Shown here: positions 1 to 15,000 of the stretch, piece after piece
Layout of the letters: every line of letters starts with the position of its first letter
How positions within the stretch are numbered: position 1 is the first letter of the stretch
Assembly: GCA_964016885.1 (NCBI GenBank)
Contig: OZ024744.1
Coordinates: 105,896,001 to 105,960,000, forward strand
Reading direction: 5' to 3'
DNA from: Eledone cirrhosa
Taxonomy: Eukaryota
Length of the DNA stretch: 64,000 nucleotides
The notes under the pieces: generated by a model
Told to the model about the DNA's origin: nothing
The model's database searches: none
What the model saw: only the letters and a program-made list of their open reading frames with translations
Translations under genes and position numbers: made by a program

Positions 1-3000
1 TTTGAGAGACAGTAGCCTCACACAGTGGTACCATCTCTTTCTAATGGTATGTTGTGTATTTGAGGGACAGTAGCCTTACACAGTGGTACCATCTCTTTCT
101 AATGGTATGTTGTATATTTGAGGGACAGTAGCCTCACACAGTGGTACCATCTCTTTCTAATGGCATGTTGTGTATTTGAGGGACAGTAGCCTCCCACAGT
201 GATACCATCTCTTTCTAATGGTATGTTGTGTATTTGAGGGACAGTAGCCTCACACAGTGGTACCATCTCTTTCTAATGGCATGTGTATTTGAGGGACAGT
301 AGCCTCACACAGTGGTACCATCTCTTTCTAATGGTATGTTGTATATTTGAGGGACAGTAGCCTCACACAGTGGTACCATCTCTTTCTAATGGTATGTTGT
401 GTATTTGAGGGACAGTAGCCTCCTCCACAGTGATACCATCTCTTTCTAATGGTATGTTGTGTATTTGAGGGACAGTAGCCTCACACAGTGATACCATCTC
501 TTTCTAATGGTATGTTGTGTATTTGAGGGACAGTAGCCTCACACAGTGATACCATCTCTTTCTAATGGTATGATGTGTATTTGAGGGACAGTAGCCTCAC
601 ACAGTGGTACCATCTCTTTCTAATGGTATGTTGTATATTTGAGGGACAGTAGCCTCACACAGTGGTACCATCTCTTTCTAATGGTATGTTGTGTATTTGA
701 GGGACAGTAGCCTCACACAGTGGTACCATCTCTTTCTAATGGTATGTTGTGTATTTGAGGGACAGTAGCCTCCCTCTCACAGTGGTACCATCTCTTTCTA
801 ATGGTATGTTGTATATTTGAGGGACAGTAGCCTCACACAGTGGTACCATCTCTTTCTAATGGTATGTTGTGTATTTGAGGGACAGTAGCCTCCCCCACAG
901 TGATACCATCTCTTTCTAATGGTATGTTGTATATTTGAGGGACAGTAGCCTCACACAGTGGTACCATCTCTTTCTAATGGTATGTTGTGTATTTGAGGGA
1001 CAGTAGCCTCACACAGTGGTACCATCTCTTTCTAATGGTATGTTGTGTATTTGAGGGACAGTAGCCTCCCCCACAGTGATACCATCTCTTTCTAATGGTA
1101 TGTTGTGTATTTGAGGGACAGTAGCCTCACACAGTGGTACCATCTCTTTCTAATGGTATGTTGTGTATTTGAGGGACAGTAGCCTCACACAGTGGTACCA
1201 TCTCTTTCTAATGGTATGTTGTGTATTTGAGGGACAGTAGCCTCCCCCACAGTGATACCATCTCTTTCTAATGGTATGTTGTATATTTGAGGGACAGTAG
1301 CCTCCCACAGTGGTACCATCTCTTTCTAATGGTATGTTGTGTATTTGAGGGACAGTAGCCTCCCTCTCACAGTGGTACCATCTCTTTCTAATGGTATGTT
1401 GTATATTTGAGGGACAGTAGCCTCACACAGTGGTACCATCTCTTTCTAATGGTATGTTGTGTATTTGAGGGACAGTAGCCTCCCCCACAGTGATACCATC
1501 TCTTTCTAATGGTATGTTGTGTATTTGAGGGACAGTAGCCTCCCCCACAGTGATACCATCTCTTTCTAATGGTATGTTGTGTATTTGAGGGACAGTAGCC
1601 TCCCTCTCACAGTGGTACCATCTCTTTCTAATGGTATGTTGTATATTTGAGGGACAGTAGCCTCACACAGTGGTACCATCTCTTTCTAATGGTATGTTGT
1701 GTATTTGAGGGACAGTAGCCTCCCCCACAGTGATACCATCTCTTTCTAATGGTATGTTGTGTATTTGAGGGACAGTAGCCTCCCCCACAGTGATACCATC
1801 TCTTTCTAATGGTATGTTGTGTATTTGAGGGACAGTAGCCTCCCTCTCACAGTGGTACCATCTCTTTCTAATGGTATGTTGTATATTTGAGGGACAGTAG
1901 CCTCACACAGTGGTACCATCTCTTTCTAATGGTATGTTGTGTATTTGAGGGACAGTAGCCTCCCCCACAGTGGTACCATCTCTTTCTAATGGTATGTTGT
2001 GTATTTGAGGGACAGTAGCCTCCCCCACAGTGATACCATCTCTTTCTAATGGTATGTTGTGTATTTGAGGGACAGTAGCCTCCCCCACAGTGATACCATC
2101 TCTTTCTAATGGTATGTTGTATATTTGAGGGACAGTAGCCTCCCACAGTGGTACCATCTCTTTCTAATGGTATGTTGTGTATTTGAGGGACAGTAGCCTC
2201 CCTCTCACAGTGGTACCATCTCTTTCTAATGGTATGTTGTATATTTGAGGGACAGTAGCCTCACACAGTGGTACCATCTCTTTCTAATGGTATGTTGTAT
2301 ATTTAAGGGACAGTAGCCTCACACAGTGGTACCATCTCTTTCTAATGGTATGTTGTGTATTTGAGGGACAGTAGCCTCCCACAGTGGTACCATCTCTTTC
2401 TAATGGTATGTTGTGTATTTGAGGGACAGTAGCCTCCCTCTCACAGTGGTACCATCTCTTTCTAATGGTATGTTGTATATTTGAGGGACAGTAGCCTCCC
2501 ACAGTGGTACCATCTCTTTCTAATGGTATGTTGTGTATTTGAGGGACAGTAGCCTCCCTCTCACAGTGGTACCATCTCTTTCTAATGGTATGTTGTATAT
2601 TTGAGGGACAGTAGCCTCACACAGTGGTACCATCTCTTTCTAATGGTATGTTGTGTATTTGAGGGACAGTAGCCTCCCCCACAGTGGTACCATCTCTTTC
2701 TAATGGTATGTTGTATATTTGAGGGACAGTAGCCTCACACAGTGGTACCATCTCTTTCTAATGGTATGTTGTGTATTTGAGGGACAGTAGCCTCACACAG
2801 TGGTACCATCTCTTTCTAATGGTATGTTGTGTATTTGAGGGACAGTAGCCTCCCACACAGTGGTACCATCTCTTTCTAATGGTATGTTGTGTATTTGAGG
2901 AACAGTAGCCTCACACAGTGGTACCATCTCTTTCTAATGGTATGTTGTATATTTGAGGGACAGTAGCCTCACACAGTGGTACCATCTCTTTCTAATGGTA

Positions 3001-6000
3001 TGTTGTGTATTTGAGGGACAGTAGCCTCCCCCACAGTGGTACCATCTCTTTCTAATGGTATGTTGTGTATTTGAGAGACAGTAGCCTCCCCCACAGTGAT
3101 ACCATCTCTTTCTAATGGTATGTTGTGTATTTGAGAGACAGTAACCTCACACAGTGGTACCATCTCTTTCTAATGGTATGTTGTATATTTGAGGGACAGT
3201 AGCCTCACACAGTGGTACCATCTCTTTCTAATGGTATGTTGTGTATTTGAGGGACAGTAGCCTCACACAGTGGTACCATCTCTTTCTAATGGTATGTTGT
3301 GTATTTGAGGGACAGTAGCCTTACACAGTGGTACCATCTCTTTCTAATGGTATGTTGTGTATTTGAGGGACAGTAGCCCCACACAGTGGTACCATCTCTT
3401 TCTAATGGTATGTTGTGTATTTGAGGGACAGTAGCCTCCCCCACAGTGATACCATCTCTTTCTAATGGTATGTTGTGTATTTGAGGGACAGTAGCCTCAC
3501 ACAGTGGTACCATCTCTTTCTAATGGTATGTTGTATATTTGAGGGACAGTAGCCTCACACAGTGGTACCATCTCTTTCTAATGGTATGTTGTGTATTTGA
3601 GGGACAGTAGCCTCCCTCTCACAGTGGTACCATCTCTTTCTAATGGTATGTTGTATATTTGAGAGACAGTAGCCTCCCACAGTGGTACCATCTCTTTCTA
3701 ATGGTATGTTGTGTATTTGAGGGACAGTAGCCTCACACAGTGGTACCATCTCTTTCTAATGGTATGTTGTGTATTTGAGGGACAGTAGCCTCCCCCACAC
3801 AGTGGTACCATCTCTTTCTAATGGTATGTTGTGTATTTGAGGGACAGTAGCCTCACACAGTGGTACCATCTCTTTCTAATGGTATGTTGTGTATTTGAGA
3901 GACAGTAGCCTCACACAGTGGTACCATCTCTTTCTAATGGTATGTTGTGTATTTGAGGAACAGTAGCCTCACACAGTGGTACCATCTCTTTCTAATGGTA
4001 TGTTGTGTATTTGAGGGACAGTAGCCCCCCACAGTGATACCATCTCTTTCTAATGGTATGTTGTGTATTTGAGGGACAGTAGCCTCCCCCACAGTGGTAC
4101 CATCTCTTTCTAATGGTATGTTGTATATTTGAGAGACAGTAGCCTCACACAGTGGTACCATCTCTTTCTAATGGTATGTTGTGTATTTGAGGGACAGTAG
4201 CCTCACACAGTGGTACCATCTCTTTCTAATGGTATGTTGTGTATTTGAGGAACAGTAGCCTCCCTCTCACAGTGGTACCATCTCTTTCTAATGGTATGTT
4301 GTGTATTTGAGAGACAGTAGCCTCACACAGTGGTACCATCTCTTTCTAATGGTATGTTGTGTATTTGAGGGACAGTAGCCTCACACAGTGGTACCATCTC
4401 TTTCTAATGGTATGTTGTATATTTGAGGGACAGTAGCCTCCCACAGTGGTACCATCTCTTTCTAATGGTATGTTGTGTATTTGAGGGACAGTAGCCTCAC
4501 ACAGTGGTACCATCTCTTTCTAATGGTATGTTGTGTATTTGAGGGACAGTAGCCTCACACAGTGGTACCATCTCTTTCTAATGGTATGTTGTGTATTTGA
4601 GGAACAGTAGCCTCACACAGTGGTACCATCTCTTTCTAATGGTATGTTGTGTATTTGAGGGACAGTAGCCTCACACAGTGGTACCATCTCTTTCTAATGG
4701 TATGTTGTGTATTTGAGGGACAGTAACCTCCCACAGTGGTACCATCTCTTTCTAATGGTATGTTGTGTATTTGAGGGACAGTAACCTCCCACAGTGGTAC
4801 CATCTCTTTCTAATGGTATGTTGTGTATTTGAGGGACAGTAGCCTCCCTCTCACAGTGGTACCATCTCTTTCTAATGGTATGTTGTATATTTGAGGGACA
4901 GTAGCCTCACACAGTGGTACCATCTCTTTCTAATGGTATGTTGTGTATTTGAGGGACAGTAGCCTCCCCCACAGTGGTACCATCTCTTTCTAATGGTATG
5001 TTGTATATTTGAGGGACAGTAGCCTCACACAGTGGTACCATCTCTTTCTAATGGTATGTTGTGTATTTGAGGGACAGTAGCCTCACACAGTGGTACCATC
5101 TCTTTCTAATGGTATGTTGTGTATTTGAGGGACAGTAGCCTCCCACACAGTGGTACCATCTCTTTCTAATGGTATGTTGTGTATTTGAGGAACAGTAGCC
5201 TCACACAGTGGTACCATCTCTTTCTAATGGTATGTTGTATATTTGAGGGACAGTAGCCTCACACAGTGGTACCATCTCTTTCTAATGGTATGTTGTGTAT
5301 TTGAGGGACAGTAGCCTCCCCCACAGTGGTACCATCTCTTTCTAATGGTATGTTGTGTATTTGAGAGACAGTAGCCTCCCCCACAGTGATACCATCTCTT
5401 TCTAATGGTATGTTGTGTATTTGAGAGACAGTAACCTCACACAGTGGTACCATCTCTTTCTAATGGTATGTTGTATATTTGAGGGACAGTAGCCTCACAC
5501 CATCTCTTTCTAATGGTATGTTGTGTATTTGAGGGACAGTAGCCTCACACAGTGGTACCATCTCTTTCTAATGGTATGTTGTGTATTTGAGGGACAGTAG
5601 CCTTACACAGTGGTACCATCTCTTTCTAATGGTATGTTGTGTATTTGAGGGACAGTAGCCCCACACAGTGGTACCATCTCTTTCTAATGGTATGTTGTGT
5701 ATTTGAGGGACAGTAGCCTCCCCCACAGTGATACCATCTCTTTCTAATGGTATGTTGTGTATTTGAGGGACAGTAGCCTCACACAGTGGTACCATCTCTT
5801 TCTAATGGTATGTTGTATATTTGAGGGACAGTAGCCTCACACAGTGGTACCATCTCTTTCTAATGGTATGTTGTGTATTTGAGGGACAGTAGCCTCCCTC
5901 TCACAGTGGTACCATCTCTTTCTAATGGTATGTTGTATATTTGAGAGACAGTAGCCTCCCACAGTGGTACCATCTCTTTCTAATGGTATGTTGTGTATTT

Positions 6001-9000
6001 GAGGGACAGTAGCCTCACACAGTGGTACCATCTCTTTCTAATGGTATGTTGTGTATTTGAGGGACAGTAGCCTCCCCCACACAGTGGTACCATCTCTTTC
6101 TAATGGTATGTTGTGTATTTGAGGGACAGTAGCCTCACACAGTGGTACCATCTCTTTCTAATGGTATGTTGTGTATTTGAGAGACAGTAGCCTCACACAG
6201 TGGTACCATCTCTTTCTAATGGTATGTTGTGTATTTGAGGAACAGTAGCCTCACACAGTGGTACCATCTCTTTCTAATGGTATGTTGTGTATTTGAGGGA
6301 CAGTAGCCCCCCACAGTGATACCATCTCTTTCTAATGGTATGTTGTGTATTTGAGGGACAGTAGCCTCCCCCACAGTGGTACCATCTCTTTCTAATGGTA
6401 TGTTGTATATTTGAGAGACAGTAGCCTCACACAGTGGTACCATCTCTTTCTAATGGTATGTTGTGTATTTGAGGGACAGTAGCCTCACACAGTGGTACCA
6501 TCTCTTTCTAATGGTATGTTGTGTATTTGAGGAACAGTAGCCTCCCTCTCACAGTGGTACCATCTCTTTCTAATGGTATGTTGTGTATTTGAGAGACAGT
6601 AGCCTCACACAGTGGTACCATCTCTTTCTAATGGTATGTTGTGTATTTGAGGGACAGTAGCCTCACACAGTGGTACCATCTCTTTCTAATGGTATGTTGT
6701 ATATTTGAGGGACAGTAGCCTCCCACAGTGGTACCATCTCTTTCTAATGGTATGTTGTGTATTTGAGGGACAGTAGCCTCACACAGTGGTACCATCTCTT
6801 TCTAATGGTATGTTGTGTATTTGAGGGACAGTAGCCTCACACAGTGGTACCATCTCTTTCTAATGGTATGTTGTGTATTTGAGGAACAGTAGCCTCACAC
6901 AGTGGTACCATCTCTTTCTAATGGTATGTTGTGTATTTGAGGGACAGTAGCCTCACACAGTGGTACCATCTCTTTCTAATGGTATGTTGTGTATTTGAGG
7001 GACAGTAACCTCCCACAGTGGTACCATCTCTTTCTAATGGTATGTTGTGTATTTGAGGGACAGTAACCTCCCACAGTGGTACCATCTCTTTCTAATGGTA
7101 TGTTGTGTATTTGAGAGACAGTAGCCTCACACAGTGATACCATCTCTTTCTAATGGTATGTTGTGTATTTGAGGGACAGTAGCCTCCCCCACAGTGGTTC
7201 CATCTCTTTCTAATGGTATGTTGTGTATTTGAGGGACAGTAGCCTCCCCCACAGTGGTACCATCTCTTTCTAATGGTATGTTGTGTATTTGAGGGACAGT
7301 AGCCTCACACAGTGGTACCATCTCTTTCTAATGGTATGTTGTATATTTGAGGGACAGTAGCCTTACACAGTGGTACCATCTCTTTCTAATGGTATGTTGT
7401 GTATTTGAGGGACAGTAGCCTTACACAGTGGTACCATCTCTTTCTAATGGTATGTTGTGTATTTGAGGGACAGTAGCCTCACACAGTGGTACCATCTCTT
7501 TCTAATGGTATGTTGTATATTTGAGGGACAGTAGCCTCACACAGTGGTACCATCTCTTTCTAATGGTATGTTGTGTATTTGAGGGACAGTAGCCTCACAC
7601 AGTGGTACCATCACTTTCTAATGGTATGTTGTATATTTGAGGGACAGTAGCCTTACACAGTGGTACCATCTCTTTCTAATGGTATGTTGTGTATTTGAGG
7701 GACAGTAGCCTCCCCCACAGTGGTACCATCTCTTTCTAATGGTATGTTGTGTATTTGAGGGACAGTAGCCTCACACAGTGGTACCATCTCTTTCTAATGG
7801 TATGTTGTATATTTGAGGGACAGTAGCCTCACACAGTGGTACCATCTCTTTCTAATGGTATGTTGTGTATTTGAGGGACAGTAGCCTTACACAGTGGTAC
7901 CATCTCTTTCTAATGGTATGTTGTATATTTGAGGGACAGTAGCCTCACACAGTGGTACCATCTCTTTCTAATGGTATGTTGTATATTTGAGGGACAGTAG
8001 CCTCCCTCACAGTGGTACCATCTCTTTCTAATGGTATGTTGTGTATTTGAGGGACAGTAGCCTCACACAGTGGTACCATCTCTTTCTAATGGTATGTTGT
8101 ATATTTGAGGGACAGTAGCCTCACACAGTGGTACCATCTCTTTCTAATGGTATGTTGTATATTTGAGGGACAGTAGCCTCACACAGTGGTACCATCTCTT
8201 TCTAATGGTATGTTGTATATTTGAGGGACAGTAGCCTCACACAGTGGTACCATCTCTTTCTAATGGTATGTTGTGTATTTGAGGGACAGTAGCCTCCCTC
8301 TCACAGTGGTACCATCTCTTTCTAATGGTATGTTGTATATTTGAGAGACAGTAGCCTCCCACAGTGGTACCATCTCTTTCTAATGGTATGTTGTGTATTT
8401 GAGGGACAGTAGCCTCCCTCACAGTGGTACCATCTCTTTCTAATGGTATGTTGTGTATTTGAGGGACAGTAGCCTCCCACAGTGGTACCATCTCTTTCTA
8501 ATGGTATGTTGTGTATTTGAGCGACAGTAGCCTCACACAGTGGTACCATCTCTTTCTAATGGTATGTTGTGTATTTGAGGGACAGTAGTCTCACACAGTG
8601 GTACCATCTCTTTCTAATGGTATGTTGTGTATTTGAGAGACAGTAGCCTCCCCCACAGTGGTACCATCTCTTTCTAATGGTATGTTGTGTATTTGAGAGA
8701 CAGTAGCCTCCCCCACAGTGGTACCATCTCTTTCTAATGGTATGTTGTGTATTTGAGGGACAGTAGCCTCCCCCACAGTGGTACCATCTCTTTCTAATGG
8801 TATGTTGTGTATTTGAGGGACAGTAGCCTCCCACAGTGGTACCATCTCTTTCTAATGGTATGTTGTGTATTTGAGGGACAGTAGCCTCCCACAGTGGTAC
8901 CATCTCTTTCTAATGGTATGTTGTGTATTTGAGGGACAGTAGCCTCACACAGTGGTACCATCTCTTTCTAATGGTATGTTGTGTATTTGAGGGACAGTAG

Positions 9001-12000
9001 CCTCCCACACAGTGGTACCATCTCTTTCTAATGGTATGTTGTGTATTTGAGGGACAGTAGCCACACACAGTGGTACCATCTCTTTCTAATGGTATGTTGT
9101 GTATTTGAGAGACAGTAGCCTCACACAGTGGTACCATCTCTTTCTGATGGTATGTTGTGTATTTGAGGGACAGTAGCCTCACACAGTGGTACCATCTCTT
9201 TCTAATGGTATGTTGTGTATTTGAGGGACAGTAGCCTCACACAGTGGTACCATCTCTTTCTAATGGTATGTTGTGTATTTGAGGGACAGTAGCCTCCCAC
9301 ACAGTGGTACCATCTCTTTCTAATGGTATGTTGTATATTTGAGAGACAGTAGCCTCACACAGTGGTACCATCTCTTTCTAATGGTATGTTGTGTATTTGA
9401 GGGACAGTAGCCTCACACAGTGGTACCATCTCTTTCTAATGGTATGTTGTGTATTTGAGGGACAGTAGCCTCCCACACAGTGGTACCATCTCTTTCTAAT
9501 GGTATGTTGTATATTTGAGGGACAGTAGCCTCACACACAGTGGTACCATCTCTTTCTAATGGTATGTTGTGTATTTGAGGGACAGTAGCCTCCCACACAG
9601 TGGTACCATCTCTTTCTAATGGTATGTTGTATATTTGAGGGACAGTAGCCTCACACACAGTGGTACCATCTCTTTCTAATGGTATGTTGTGTATTTGAGG
9701 GACAGTAGCCTCCCACACAGTGGTACCATCTCTTTCTAATGGTATGTTGTGTATTTGAGGGACAGTAGCCTCCCACAGTGGTACCATCTCTTTCTAATGG
9801 TATGTTGTGTATTTGAGGGACAGTAGCCTCCCCCACAGTGGTACCATCTCTTTCTAATGGTATGTTGTGTATTTGAGGGACAGTAGCCCCCCACAGTGAT
9901 ACCATCTCTTTCTAATGGTATGTTGTATATTTGAGGGACAGTAGCCTCCCACACAGTGGTACCATCTCTTTCTAATGGTATGTTGTGTATTTGAGGGACA
10001 GTAGCCTCTCACAGTGGTACCATCTCTTTCTAATGGTATGTTGTGTATTTGAGGGACAGTAGCCTCACACAGTGGTACCATCTCTTTCTAATGGCATGTT
10101 GTGTATTTGAGGGACAGTAGCCTCACACAGTGGTACCATCTCTTTCTAATGGTATGTTGTGTATTTGAGAGACAGTAGCCTACACAGTGGTACCATCTCT
10201 TTCTAATGGTATGTTGTGTATTTGAGAGACAGTAGCCTCACACAGTGGTACCATCTCTTTCTAATGGTATGTTGTGTATTTGAGGGACAGTAGCCTCCCA
10301 CAGTGGTACCATCTCTTTCTAATGGCATGTTGTGTATTTGAGGGACAGTAGCCTCACACAGTGGTACCATCTCTTTCTAATGGTATGTTGTGTATTTGAG
10401 GGACAGTAGCCTCACACAGTGGTACCATCTCTTTCTAATGGCATGTTGTGTATTTGAGGGACAGTAGCCTCCCCCACAGTGGTACCATCTCTTTCTAATG
10501 GTATGTTGTGTATTTGAGGGACAGTAGCCTCCCACAGTGGTACCATCTCTTTCTAATGGCATGTTGTGTATTTGAGGGACAGTAGCCTCACACAGTGGTA
10601 CCATCTCTTTCTAATGGTATGTTGTATATTTGAGGGACAGTAGCCTCACACAGTGGTACCATCTCTTTCTAATGGTATGTTGTGTATTTGAGAGACAGTA
10701 GCCTCACACAGTGGTACCATCTCTTTCTAATGGTATGTTGTGTATTTGAGAGACAGTAGCCTCCCACAGTGGTACCATCTCTTTCTAATGGTATGTTGTG
10801 TATTTGAGGGACAGTAGCCTCCCACAGTGGTACCATCTCTTTCTAATGGCATGTTGTGTATTTGAGGGACAGTAGCCTCCCACAGTGGTACCATCTCTTT
10901 CTAATGGTATGTTGTGTATTTGAGGGACAGTAGCCTCACACAGTGGTACCATCTCTTTCTAATGGTATGTTGTGTATTTGAGGGACAGTAGCCTCCCCCA
11001 CACAGTGGTACCATCTCTTTCTAATGGTATGTTGTGTATTTGAGAGACAGTAGCCTCACACAGTGGTACCATCTCTTTCTAATGGTATGTTGTGTATTTG
11101 AGGGACAGTAGCCTTACACAGTGGTACCATCTCTTTCTAATGGTATGTTGTATATTTGAGGGACAGTAGCCTCACACAGTGGTACCATCTCTTTCTAATG
11201 GCATGTTGTGTATTTGAGGGACAGTAGCCTCCCACAGTGATACCATCTCTTTCTAATGGTATGTTGTGTATTTGAGGGACAGTAGCCTCCCACAGTGGTA
11301 CCATCTCTTTCTAATGGCATGTGTATTTGAGGGACAGTAGCCTCACACAGTGGTACCATCTCTTTCTAATGGTATGTTGTATATTTGAGGGACAGTAGCC
11401 TCACACAGTGGTACCATCTCTTTCTAATGGTATGTTGTGTATTTGAGGGACAGTAGCCTCCTCCACAGTGATACCATCTCTTTCTAATGGTATGTTGTGT
11501 ATTTGAGGGACAGTAGCCTCACACAGTGATACCATCTCTTTCTAATGGTATGTTGTGTATTTGAGGGACAGTAGCCTCACACAGTGATACCATCTCTTTC
11601 TAATGGTATGTTGTGTATTTGAGGGACAGTAGCCTCACACAGTGGTACCATCTCTTTCTAATGGTATGTTGTATATTTGAGGGACAGTAGCCTCACACAG
11701 TGGTACCATCTCTTTCTAATGGTATGTTGTGTATTTGAGGGACAGTAGCCTCACACAGTGGTACCATCTCTTTCTAATGGTATGTTGTGTATTTGAGGGA
11801 CAGTAGCCTCCCACAGTGGTACCATCTCTTTCTAATGGTATGTTGTGTATTTGAGGGACAGTAGCCTCCCACAGTGGTACCATCTCTTTCTAATGGTATG
11901 TTGTGTATTTGAGGGACAGTAGCCTCACACAGTGGTACCATCTCTTTCTAATGGTATGTTGTGTATTTGAGGGACAGTAGCCTCCCACACAGTGGTACCA

Positions 12001-15000
12001 TCTCTTTCTAATGGTATGTTGTGTATTTGAGGGACAGTAGCCACACACAGTGGTACCATCTCTTTCTAATGGTATGTTGTGTATTTGAGAGACAGTAGCC
12101 TCACACAGTGGTACCATCTCTTTCTGATGGTATGTTGTGTATTTGAGGGACAGTAGCCTCACACAGTGGTACCATCTCTTTCTAATGGTATGTTGTGTAT
12201 TTGAGGGACAGTAGCCTCACACAGTGGTACCATCTCTTTCTAATGGTATGTTGTGTATTTGAGGGACAGTAGCCTCCCACACAGTGGTACCATCTCTTTC
12301 TAATGGTATGTTGTATATTTGAGAGACAGTAGCCTCACACAGTGGTACCATCTCTTTCTAATGGTATGTTGTGTATTTGAGGGACAGTAGCCTCCTCCAC
12401 AGTGGTACCATCTCTTTCTAATGGTATGTTGTGTATTTGAGGGACAGTAGCCTCACACACAGTGGTACCATCTCTTTCTAATGGTATGTTGTATATTTGA
12501 GGGACAGTAGCCTCACACAGTGGTACCATCTCTTTCTAATGGTATGTTGTGTATTTGAGGGACAGTAGCCTCCCACACAGTGGTACCATCTCTTTCTAAT
12601 GGTATGTTGTATATTTGAGGGACAGTAGCCTCACACACAGTGGTACCATCTCTTTCTAATGGTATGTTGTGTATTTGAGGGACAGTAGCCTCCCACACAG
12701 TGGTACCATCTCTTTCTAATGGTATGTTGTATATTTGAGGGACAGTAGCCTCACACACAGTGGTACCATCTCTTTCTAATGGTATGTTGTGTATTTGAGG
12801 GACAGTAGCCTCCCACACAGTGGTACCATCTCTTTCTAATGGTATGTTGTGTATTTGAGGGACAGTAGCCTCCCACAGTGGTACCATCTCTTTCTAATGG
12901 TATGTTGTGTATTTGAGGGACAGTAGCCTCCCCCACAGTGGTACCATCTCTTTCTAATGGTATGTTGTGTATTTGAGGGACAGTAGCCCCCCACAGTGAT
13001 ACCATCTCTTTCTAATGGTATGTTGTATATTTGAGGGACAGTAGCCTCCCACACAGTGGTACCATCTCTTTCTAATGGTATGTTGTGTATTTGAGGGACA
13101 GTAGCCTCTCACAGTGGTACCATCTCTTTCTAATGGTATGTTGTGTATTTGAGGGACAGTAGCCTCACACAGTGGTACCATCTCTTTCTAATGGCATGTT
13201 GTGTATTTGAGGGACAGTAGCCTCACACAGTGGTACCATCTCTTTCTAATGGTATGTTGTGTATTTGAGAGACAGTAGCCTACACAGTGGTACCATCTCT
13301 TTCTAATGGTATGTTGTGTATTTGAGAGACAGTAGCCTCACACAGTGGTACCATCTCTTTCTAATGGTATGTTGTGTATTTGAGGGACAGTAGCCTCCCA
13401 CAGTGGTACCATCTCTTTCTAATGGCATGTTGTGTATTTGAGGGACAGTAGCCTCACACAGTGGTACCATCTCTTTCTAATGGTATGTTGTGTATTTGAG
13501 GGACAGTAGCCTCACACAGTGGTACCATCTCTTTCTAATGGCATGTTGTGTATTTGAGGGACAGTAGCCTCCCCCACAGTGGTACCATCTCTTTCTAATG
13601 GTATGTTGTGTATTTGAGGGACAGTAGCCTCCCACAGTGGTACCATCTCTTTCTAATGGCATGTTGTGTATTTGAGGGACAGTAGCCTCACACAGTGGTA
13701 CCATCTCTTTCTAATGGTATGTTGTATATTTGAGGGACAGTAGCCTCACACAGTGGTACCATCTCTTTCTAATGGTATGTTGTGTATTTGAGAGACAGTA
13801 GCCTCACACAGTGGTACCATCTCTTTCTAATGGTATGTTGTGTATTTGAGAGACAGTAGCCTCCCACAGTGGTACCATCTCTTTCTAATGGTATGTTGTG
13901 TATTTGAGGGACAGTAGCCTCCCACAGTGGTACCATCTCTTTCTAATGGCATGTTGTGTATTTGAGGGACAGTAGCCTCCCACAGTGGTACCATCTCTTT
14001 CTAATGGTATGTTGTGTATTTGAGGGACAGTAGCCTCACACAGTGGTACCATCTCTTTCTAATGGTATGTTGTGTATTTGAGGGACAGTAGCCTCCCCCA
14101 CACAGTGGTTCCATCTCTTTCTAATGGTATGTTGTGTATTTGAGAGACAGTAGCCTCACACAGTGGTACCATCTCTTTCTAATGGTATGTTGTGTATTTG
14201 AGGGACAGTAGCCTTACACAGTGGTACCATCTCTTTCTAATGGTATGTTGTATATTTGAGGGACAGTAGCCTCACACAGTGGTACCATCTCTTTCTAATG
14301 GCATGTTGTGTATTTGAGGGACAGTAGCCTCCCACAGTGATACCATCTCTTTCTAATGGTATGTTGTGTATTTGAGGGACAGTAGCCTCCCACAGTGGTA
14401 CCATCTCTTTCTAATGGCATGTGTATTTGAGGGACAGTAGCCTCACACAGTGGTACCATCTCTTTCTAATGGTATGTTGTATATTTGAGGGACAGTAGCC
14501 TCACACAGTGGTACCATCTCTTTCTAATGGTATGTTGTGTATTTGAGGGACAGTAGCCTCCTCCACAGTGATACCATCTCTTTCTAATGGTATGTTGTGT
14601 ATTTGAGGGACAGTAGCCTCACACAGTGATACCATCTCTTTCTAATGGTATGTTGTGTATTTGAGGGACAGTAGCCTCACACAGTGATACCATCTCTTTC
14701 TAATGGTATGTTGTGTATTTGAGGGACAGTAGCCTCACACAGTGGTACCATCTCTTTCTAATGGTATGTTGTATATTTGAGGGACAGTAGCCTCACACAG
14801 TGGTACTATCTCTTTCTAATGGTATGTTGTGTATTTGAGGGACAGTAGCCTCACACAGTGGTACCATCTCTTTCTAATGGTATGTTGTGTATTTGAGGGA
14901 CAGTAGCCTCACACAGTGGTACCATCTCTTTCTAATGGTATGTTGTATATTTGAGGGACAGTAGCCTCACACAGTGGTACCATCTCTTTCTAATGGTATG

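Noticed and set aside
1868-13704. Dozens of repetitive ORFs (EATVPQIHNIPLERDGTTV / GGYCPSNTQHTIRKRWYHC)
   Set aside because: Translations of the 58/60-bp satellite; frames open only where 60-bp variants happen to be adjacent.
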